DNA of 64,000 nt, from NCBI GenBank assembly GCA_947464785.1, contig CANHXZ010000001.1, forward strand, positions 705-64,704. The letters run 5' to 3'. The stretch comes from Flavobacteriales bacterium. Lineage in GTDB: Bacteria > Bacteroidota > Bacteroidia > Flavobacteriales > Schleiferiaceae. The position numbers and the translations under genes were made by a program. The notes below the pieces were generated by a model. The model was not told where the DNA came from, searched no databases, and was given only the letters and a program-made list of their open reading frames with translations. Below, piece by piece: positions 58,534 through 64,000 of the stretch (the stretch's first letter is position 1; each line of letters begins with the position of its first letter).

Positions 58534-59870
58534 CAATGCAATTCGAACGACTCCATGAACTTCGTGGTGTAGTTGCCGGCCACAAAGTCGGGGTTGTCCA
58601 TCAGCTGTCGGTGGAACGGAATGGTGGTTTTGACGCCCTCAATAACGAACTCGTCCAGTGCGCGCTTCATCTTGTCGATGGCCTCCTCGCGGGTGCGCGC
58701 CGTGGTGATGAGCTTGGCGATCATGGAGTCGTAGTGCGGCGGAATGGAGTAGCCCGCGTACACGTGGGTATCCAAGCGAACGCCGTGCCCTCCGGGAGCG
58801 TGGAACACGGTAATTTTACCGGGAGCGGGACGGAAATTGTTGTACGGATCTTCCGCGTTGATGCGGCACTCAATGGCGTGCAATTCCGGTTCGTAGTTGC
58901 GTCCGCTGATGGCAACACCGGCGGCTACTTTGATCTGCTCGCGGATCAAATCGTAGTCAATCACCTGCTCCGTGATGGGGTGTTCCACCTGGATGCGGGT
59001 GTTCATTTCCATGAAGTAGAAATTCCGGTGCTTGTCCACCAAGAATTCGACGGTTCCCGCACCTTCGTAGCCAATGTACTCTGCAGCTTTAACCGCCGCA
59101 GCACCCATGGCGGCGCGCAATTCGGTGGTCATGAAGGGGCTGGGGGTTTCCTCCACCAATTTTTGGTGACGACGCTGAATGGAACAGTCGCGTTCGGACA
59201 AGTGGCAGGCTCTACCGTACTGGTCTCCAACGACTTGAATTTCAATGTGGCGCGGCTCTTCAATGAGCTTCTCCATGTACATGCCGTCGTTGCCAAAGGA
59301 TGCAGCTGCCTCTTGGCGAGCGGAATCCCAGGCCTTGGCCAGTTCGTCCTCTGCCCAAATGGCGCGCATGCCCTTTCCGCCGCCTCCGGCCGTGGCCTTC
59401 ATCATGACGGGGTAGCCAATTTCCTTGGCCGTGCGGGTGGCGTGCTCCAAACTTTCGAGCAGACCGTCGGAACCGGGAACGCAGGGTACGCCGGCCTCCT
59501 TCATGGTGGCCTTGGCGGTGGACTTGTCGCCCATTTTGTCTATTTGCTCCGGGGTGGCGCCAATGAACTTGATGCCGTGCTCCGCGCAAATCTTGGAAAA
59601 CTTGGAGTTTTCGGACAAAAATCCGTAACCCGGATGGATGGCGTCTGCGTTGGTGATTTCGGCGGCCGCAATGATGCTGGCCATCTTCAGGTAGCTGTCC
59701 TTGGAGGGCGGTGGTCCAATGCAAACGGCTTCGTCCGCAAAACGCACGTGCAAACTTTCGCGATCGGCGGTGGAATAAACCGCCACGGTCTTGATGCCCA
59801 TCTCGCGGCAGGTGCGAATGATGCGCATGGCGATCTCACCGCGGTTGGCAATGAGGATTTTCTTGAACAT
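58533..59870 (-). CDS. accC: acetyl-CoA carboxylase biotin carboxylase subunit
   Basis: Start set at ATG 59870 ([14 protein letters not shown], the canonical AccC N-terminus). ATP-grasp motifs throughout. Confidence 0.97.
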   Translation of the reverse strand: MFKKILIANRGEIAMRIIRTCREMGIKTVAVYSTADRESLHVRFADEAVCIGPPPSKDSYLKMASIIAAAEITNADAIHPGYGFLSENSKFSKICAEHGIKFIGATPEQIDKMGDKSTAKATMKEAGVPCVPGSDGLLESLEHATRTAKEIGYPVMMKATAGGGGKGMRAIWAEDELAKAWDSARQEAAASFGNDGMYMEKLIEEPRHIEIQVVGDQYGRACHLSERDCSIQRRHQKLVEETPSPFMTTELRAAMGAAAVKAAEYIGYEGAGTVEFLVDKHRNFYFMEMNTRIQVEHPITEQVIDYDLIREQIKVAAGVAISGRNYEPELHAIECRINAEDPYNNFRPAPGKITVFHAPGGHGVRLDTHVYAGYSIPPHYDSMIAKLITTARTREEAIDKMKRALDEFVIEGVKTTIPFHRQLMDNPDFVAGNYTTKFMESFELH

Positions 59871-59879
59871 ACCGGACAC

Positions 59880-60359
59880 TTAGGCGGGGTCTACCAAGAA
59901 CAAAGGCTGATCGTACTCCACGGGAGAGGAGTCGTCCACCAGGATCTTCACGATGCGTCCGCTCACTTCGCTTTCGATTTCGTTGAAAAGCTTCATGGCC
60001 TCAATAACGCAAACTGCTTTGCCGGGCTTGATTTCGTCGCCTACGTTTACAAAAAAGTCTTTGTCTGGGCTGGGACGACGGTAGAAGGTACCGATCATCG
60101 GAGACTTCACAGTGATGTATTTGCTGGTGTCCTCGCTTGCTGGCGCTGCAGGAGCGGGAGCGGCTTCGGGAGCAGCGGCCGGAGCGGGAGCGTACGCCGC
60201 AGACGGCATCGTCATGGGTGCCGAGGGAACGAAGGCAAACTCCTGAGCGCCCGGTGCCGTTTTCACGGTGATCTTGAATTCGTCGGTCTCGAGGCTTACC
60301 TCGGTGGCACCCGACTTGGAAACAAAGCGGATGAAATTTTGTAACTCTTTGATATCCAT
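59880..60359 (-). CDS. accB: acetyl-CoA carboxylase biotin carboxyl carrier protein
   Basis: Start set at ATG 60359 (MDIKELQNFIRFV...). Ala/Pro linker. Biotinyl-lysine context CVIEAMKLFNEIE. Confidence 0.93.
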   Translation of the reverse strand: MDIKELQNFIRFVSKSGATEVSLETDEFKITVKTAPGAQEFAFVPSAPMTMPSAAYAPAPAAAPEAAPAPAAPASEDTSKYITVKSPMIGTFYRRPSPDKDFFVNVGDEIKPGKAVCVIEAMKLFNEIESEVSGRIVKILVDDSSPVEYDQPLFLVDPA

Positions 60360-60406
60360 AACTATGGCTTTTTGTATTCGATTTTCGTTACCGCAAAAGT
60401 GCGCAT

Positions 60407-60444
60407 AAAAAAGCAAACCCGGACGGGGAGGTCCGGGTTTTTTG
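60407..60444 (-). terminator. intrinsic terminator after rpmF
   Basis: Minus strand: AAACCCGGAC-CUCCCC-GUCCGGGUUU followed by GCUUUUUU. Confidence 0.6.
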
Positions 60445-60473
60445 GGGACCGCCCCAGGGGCGTCCGGTCTATT

Positions 60474-60677
60474 TTACGCTTCGGCTTGTGCCGGAGCAGT
60501 GTTGTCGATGACCACTTTTCCTTTGTAGTACATGCTGCCCTCGTGCCAGTAGGCGCGGTGGTACAAGTGTGCCTCGCCGGTCACGCCGCATACAGCAATC
60601 TGGGGCATTATGGCTTTATCGTGGGTGCGGCGCTTATCGCGGCGCGTGCTGGACTGTCTGCGTTTGGGATGTGCCAT
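60474..60677 (-). CDS. rpmF: 50S ribosomal protein L32
   Basis: [21 protein letters not shown]..., 67 aa, downstream of a DUF177 gene as in most bacteria. Confidence 0.95.
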   Translation of the reverse strand: MAHPKRRQSSTRRDKRRTHDKAIMPQIAVCGVTGEAHLYHRAYWHEGSMYYKGKVVIDNTAPAQAEA

Positions 60678-60680
60678 GGC

Positions 60681-61094
60681 TCAATCGTTTAATTCGTTTT
60701 TGGACTTGCGCAACGGAATGCTCAAAACAGCCAACTCGTAGAGGTACTGACTCAGGTCTACTTCGTACGATCCATGGGGTAGGATCAGCAACTCAGGTTC
60801 CTGGTCGTCGTAGGCCTCACCAAATTTGACCACAACGGTAAATATGTTGTGGAGGGGGAGTTCAAACGGCTCGCCGGTGTCGTCATCTTCCGTCGCAAGC
60901 AAACCGCTGAAGGTAAAGCGAAGTTCCATCGTGAGCGATCCTTTTACAAGGGTCACGCGGACTTCCGCTTGGGTCATCCCTTCGGTTTCGGGGTGGTTGT
61001 AGTGTGCAAAGAACGCAGCATCAAGGCTGTATTCCAACTCGTGCGTGCCGGCCTTGAGGCCCGAAAAAACAAGCGTGTAATCGCGCTTTTTCAT
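60681..61094 (-). CDS. DUF177 (YceD-like) protein
   Basis: 137 aa, acidic. Conserved position immediately upstream of rpmF. Confidence 0.8.
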   Translation of the reverse strand: MKKRDYTLVFSGLKAGTHELEYSLDAAFFAHYNHPETEGMTQAEVRVTLVKGSLTMELRFTFSGLLATEDDDTGEPFELPLHNIFTVVVKFGEAYDDQEPELLILPHGSYEVDLSQYLYELAVLSIPLRKSKNELND

Positions 61095-61116
61095 AAGCTG
61101 CTCGATTTGGAGCCCG

Positions 61117-61124
61117 CAAAGATA
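61117..61124 (-). promoter_or_regulatory. TAnnTTTG -7 box (TATCTTTG) for the DUF177-rpmF operon
   Basis: Exact consensus 22 nt upstream of ATG 61094. Confidence 0.5.
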
Positions 61125-61168
61125 AGAATTTTTTTCAACGCTTGCTTGTGCATAACTGATTTTTCGAA

Positions 61169-62224
61169 TTACGCCCGCTCTTTGCGCGTTTCTACTCGCT
61201 TTCGCAGGGGATTGGACGTCGCATCTGCGTGACCGGCCCGACGTCGGACCAAATCAATGGCCTCAAACAGGGCGTTGCGCAGGCTGCTGGGATCCGCTTC
61301 CTGCTTGCCCGCCAAGGCATAAGCCACGCCGTGGTCCGGCGAAGTGCGCACGTGGGACAGTCCGCAAGTGACGTTGACGCCGTCGTGGAAGTGGATCATT
61401 TTGAAGGGAATCAGGCCTTGGTCGTGGTACAGCGCCAAGACGCCGTCGAAGGCCGCGTGCTGGCCGGAACCGAAAAATCCGTCGGCCGGATAGGGTCCGT
61501 ACACCTGGAGGCCTTGCTCCGCGAGCTGGGCAACGGCAGGGGCCACTACCTCGGTGTCCTCTGCGCCAAACTTGCCGCGGTCTCCGGCGTGGGGGTTGAG
61601 GGCCAGGACGGCAATTTTGGGTTTTTGAACGCCAAAGTCGGTTTGTAGTGCCTGGTGAAACTGCTGCATTTTGGCTACGAGGAGCTCGTGGGTGATGGCC
61701 GCAGAGACGTCGGACAGGGCCAGGTGTTCGGTGGCCAAGGCCACGCGCAACTCAGGGCCGCTCAGCACCATCAAGGGCTTGCCACCCAAGCGCTCGCCCA
61801 GGTAGGCGGTGTGCCCGGAAAACCCTTCGACGGGGATGGTTTCCTTGTCAATGGGCGCCGTGACGAGGGCGTCGATTTGGCCTTTTTGCAGGGCGTCGAT
61901 GCCGGCGTCCAAAGATTTCAGGGCGTACTGGCCCAATTCCGGATTGGGCTTGCCCAAGTCCAGCAGCACTTGGTCCGTCCACGGTTCCACCAAAGCAATG
62001 CGGTTCTCCGGATGCGGCTGGTCCAGGTTGGAGGTCAGGGAGTAGGGAATTTCCGGCAGGTCCGCGGCCTTCCGGTGGTAGGCAAAGGCCTTGGGGGTGG
62101 CAAACAAGACGGGGCGGCACAGTTCGTGCACGGTGGGGTCTGCGAGGGTGCGGAGGACTACTTCCAGGCCAATACCGTTGAGGTCGCCACAGGTGATTCC
62201 AATGCGGGGAAGAATGGTGCTCAT
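61169..62224 (-). CDS. pdxA: 4-hydroxythreonine-4-phosphate dehydrogenase
   Basis: Start set at ATG 62224 (MSTILPRIGITCGDLNGIGLEV...). GHTAYL, NPHAGD, HGVAYALAG. The track ORF runs 99 codons upstream into pepA in another frame. Confidence 0.93.
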   Translation of the reverse strand: MSTILPRIGITCGDLNGIGLEVVLRTLADPTVHELCRPVLFATPKAFAYHRKAADLPEIPYSLTSNLDQPHPENRIALVEPWTDQVLLDLGKPNPELGQYALKSLDAGIDALQKGQIDALVTAPIDKETIPVEGFSGHTAYLGERLGGKPLMVLSGPELRVALATEHLALSDVSAAITHELLVAKMQQFHQALQTDFGVQKPKIAVLALNPHAGDRGKFGAEDTEVVAPAVAQLAEQGLQVYGPYPADGFFGSGQHAAFDGVLALYHDQGLIPFKMIHFHDGVNVTCGLSHVRTSPDHGVAYALAGKQEADPSSLRNALFEAIDLVRRRAGHADATSNPLRKRVETRKERA

Positions 62225-63633
62225 GCGGTACGGGTGCTCAAGAAGTCCAACAAAAGGCGCACGCCAATGCCGGTTCCGCCGGCAGACCAGTACCCCATAG
62301 GCTTGTCTGCAAAGGCTGGGCCCGCGATGTCCAGGTGCACGTAGGGGTAGTCTGTGAAGTGTTCCAGGAACTTTCCGGCGGTGATGGCGCCGGCGTCTGC
62401 GCCGCCAATGTTCTTGAGGTCCGCAACGGTGCTCTTGAGGAGTTCGTTGTAGTCGTCCCAAAAGGGGAAGCGAACCAAGCGCTCGTGGGTGCGGCTCCCG
62501 GAGGCCAGGAGGTCCGACCAAACTTCTTCGGAGGCGGTGCCCATGGCCACGGTGGCGTAGTGCCCAATGGCGCGGGCGGCGGCCCCGGTGAGGGTGGCCA
62601 GATCAATGACCAGTTGCGGGTTGTAGCGCTTGGCGTAGTGGAGGGCGTCGGCCAGGATGAGGCGCCCTTCGGCGTCCGTGTTGAGCACTTCCACGGTGGT
62701 GCCGTCGCTCATGGTGAGGACGTCGCCCGGGGTGACGGCGTTGCCGCCGGGGCGGTTGTCTGTGGCGGGAATCAGGCCCACCACGTGCACGGGGAGGCCC
62801 AGGCGCGCAGCGCCGGATAGGGCTCCCAACACGGCAGCGGCGCCGCTCATGTCCGACTTCATGGTGTCCATGGAATTGGTGGGCTTCAAGCTCAATCCGC
62901 CGGTGTCGTAGACCACGCCCTTGCCCACCAGCACGTAGGGCTGTGCGTTGACGGCGTTGGCGGGTTTGTATTCCAAAACGGTAAAGGTGGGCTCGTCCAG
63001 GCTTCCCCAGTTGACGCCCAACAGGCCGCCCATTTTCAGGGATTCAATCTTCTTTTTGTTGAACACCTCCACGTGGAACCCGTATTCCTTGCCGGCGTCC
63101 GCGGCGGCCTGGGCCAAGCCTTGGGCGTTGAGCACGTTGACGGGGTGGTTGATCAGGGTGCGCGCCAAAAAGACGCTTTCGATGCGAATTTCCAGGGCCC
63201 GTACGTCGCTGGCCTTCCAGCCTTCCAGGTAGACGGCGTTCAGGGACGGGGTGTTCTCGGCCTTCTTTTGGGCAAACTGGTCCGTGTAGCGGTAGTTGGC
63301 CAGGAGCAGGCCCTCCACCAAGGCGGGGTGGGCGTTGGGCAGGGAAATGCCGGTGTGGCGCGCCGCCTGGAGCAGCTTGGCCAGCGCAGCGCCTGCCTGG
63401 CGGTATTTTTCCGCGCCTTCTGGGGTGTTGGGGTCTGCTGGCAAAAGGTTGGCGTAGGCATCGGTACCGTTGTCGGTAGCCGTGCACCAGCCCTTGCCGG
63501 AACGGGCCCAAAAAGCGTTCCACGAGGCTTGTGCCGCCTTAGCGGAGGTGAGTGCGGTTGCGGCGTCGGCAGAGGCAAGTACACCGGCCCGGGGAGTGCC
63601 GGCCGGAATGCGGGTGTCGAGGTGGATTTTCAT
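62221..63633 (-). CDS. pepA: leucyl aminopeptidase (M17 family)
   Basis: NTDAEGRLILADAL signature, VGKGVVYDTGG. Start set at ATG 63633 (MKIHLDT...). The track start at 63642 is the TTG that forms part of the promoter box. Confidence 0.92.
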   Translation of the reverse strand: MKIHLDTRIPAGTPRAGVLASADAATALTSAKAAQASWNAFWARSGKGWCTATDNGTDAYANLLPADPNTPEGAEKYRQAGAALAKLLQAARHTGISLPNAHPALVEGLLLANYRYTDQFAQKKAENTPSLNAVYLEGWKASDVRALEIRIESVFLARTLINHPVNVLNAQGLAQAAADAGKEYGFHVEVFNKKKIESLKMGGLLGVNWGSLDEPTFTVLEYKPANAVNAQPYVLVGKGVVYDTGGLSLKPTNSMDTMKSDMSGAAAVLGALSGAARLGLPVHVVGLIPATDNRPGGNAVTPGDVLTMSDGTTVEVLNTDAEGRLILADALHYAKRYNPQLVIDLATLTGAAARAIGHYATVAMGTASEEVWSDLLASGSRTHERLVRFPFWDDYNELLKSTVADLKNIGGADAGAITAGKFLEHFTDYPYVHLDIAGPAFADKPMGYWSAGGTGIGVRLLLDFLSTRTA

Positions 63634-63639
63634 ACCTTC

Positions 63640-63647
63640 CAAAGGTA
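63640..63647 (-). promoter_or_regulatory. TAnnTTTG -7 box (TACCTTTG) 6 nt upstream of the pepA ATG
   Basis: Minus strand: TACCTTTG-GAAGGT-ATG. Confidence 0.55.
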
Positions 63648-63659
63648 CGGCAACGGGTG

Positions 63660-63667
63660 TACCTTTG
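63660..63667 (+). promoter_or_regulatory. TAnnTTTG -7 box (TACCTTTG) 4 nt upstream of the ribE ATG
   Basis: TACCTTTG-CGGT-ATG, 12 bp from the divergent pepA box. Confidence 0.55.
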
Positions 63668-63671
63668 CGGT

Positions 63672-64000
63672 ATGTTTACCGGTATTATCGAAACCCTGGG
63701 GACCGTGGTGGGCGTGCACCGCGAAGGCACTAACGTTCACTTGGATGTGGAATCCACTCTGGCCCCGGAGTTGCGGGTGGACCAAAGCTTGGCGCACAAC
63801 GGCGTGTGTCTGACGGTGGTGGCCTTGCACGGACCGTCGGGCCAACCGACGGGGTACCGCGTCACCGCGATTGACGAAACGCTGCAGAAAACCACGGTGG
63901 GGCGCTGGGCGGCCGGAACACGCGTCAATTTGGAGCGCTGCATGCCCGCGAACGGACGGCTGGACGGCCACATTGTTCAGGGACACGTGGACGCCGTGGG
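63672..64000 (+). CDS. ribE: riboflavin synthase, N-terminal part (runs off the right edge; not in the ORF track)
   Basis: Manual translation: MFTGIIETLGTVVGVHREGTNVHLDVESTLAPELRVDQSLAHNGVCLTVV...VNLERCMPANGRLDGHIVQGHVDAV. This is the canonical riboflavin synthase N-terminal barrel. Confidence 0.9.
   Translation, partial: MFTGIIETLGTVVGVHREGTNVHLDVESTLAPELRVDQSLAHNGVCLTVVALHGPSGQPTGYRVTAIDETLQKTTVGRWAAGTRVNLERCMPANGRLDGHIVQGHVDAV

Overview
This is a densely coding chromosomal segment of about 60% GC. It looks like a high-GC member of the Bacteroidota. Supporting signs are T9SS-type C-terminal sorting domains on four secreted proteins, DUF2480/DUF3050 genes attached to SUF genes, an S46 peptidase, a SPOR/HU-like protein, and TAnnTTTG -7 promoter boxes. 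I call about 70 protein genes and one tRNA-Gln(UUG). I saw no rRNA, CRISPR array, transposase or integrase. Two edge genes are absent from the ORF track because they have no stop in the window: a membrane protein at 1-528 (-) and ribE at 63672-64000 (+). Core content, left to right: rimP-nusA-infB; can-sulP; a DgkA-like kinase with a long disordered N-terminus; tRNA-Gln; an Omp85-like barrel; a vWA plus ChlI-like AAA+ pair; a TonB-dependent receptor with a T9SS esterase; an acyl-CoA carboxyltransferase; lepA; an aminotransferase; an S46 peptidase; a GH31 glucosidase; a SUF system split into two oppositely oriented halves; purD; a DUF2723 protein; thiL; gdhA; gatC; an accB-accC-acyltransferase operon; rpmF with a DUF177 gene; pdxA-pepA; ribE. 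Items most worth follow-up: (1) an XRE-HTH/Panacea(DUF4065)-like antitoxin candidate overlapping a RelE/HigB-like toxin candidate at 22.6-23.8 kb; (2) the DgkA fusion to a 232-aa Arg/Asn/Gly-rich tail; (3) a recurring layout in which a TAnnTTTG-type box lies exactly 4 nt (sometimes 6) from the start codon, implying many leaderless mRNAs; this layout also helped pick true start codons; (4) the split and inverted SUF cluster, with a TonB-receptor remnant and an AAA ATPase gene at one junction; (5) a secreted module of an unknown T9SS cargo protein, a lipase-like protein and a Trp-rich lipoprotein. All family assignments come from motif recognition by eye. No database search was possible.
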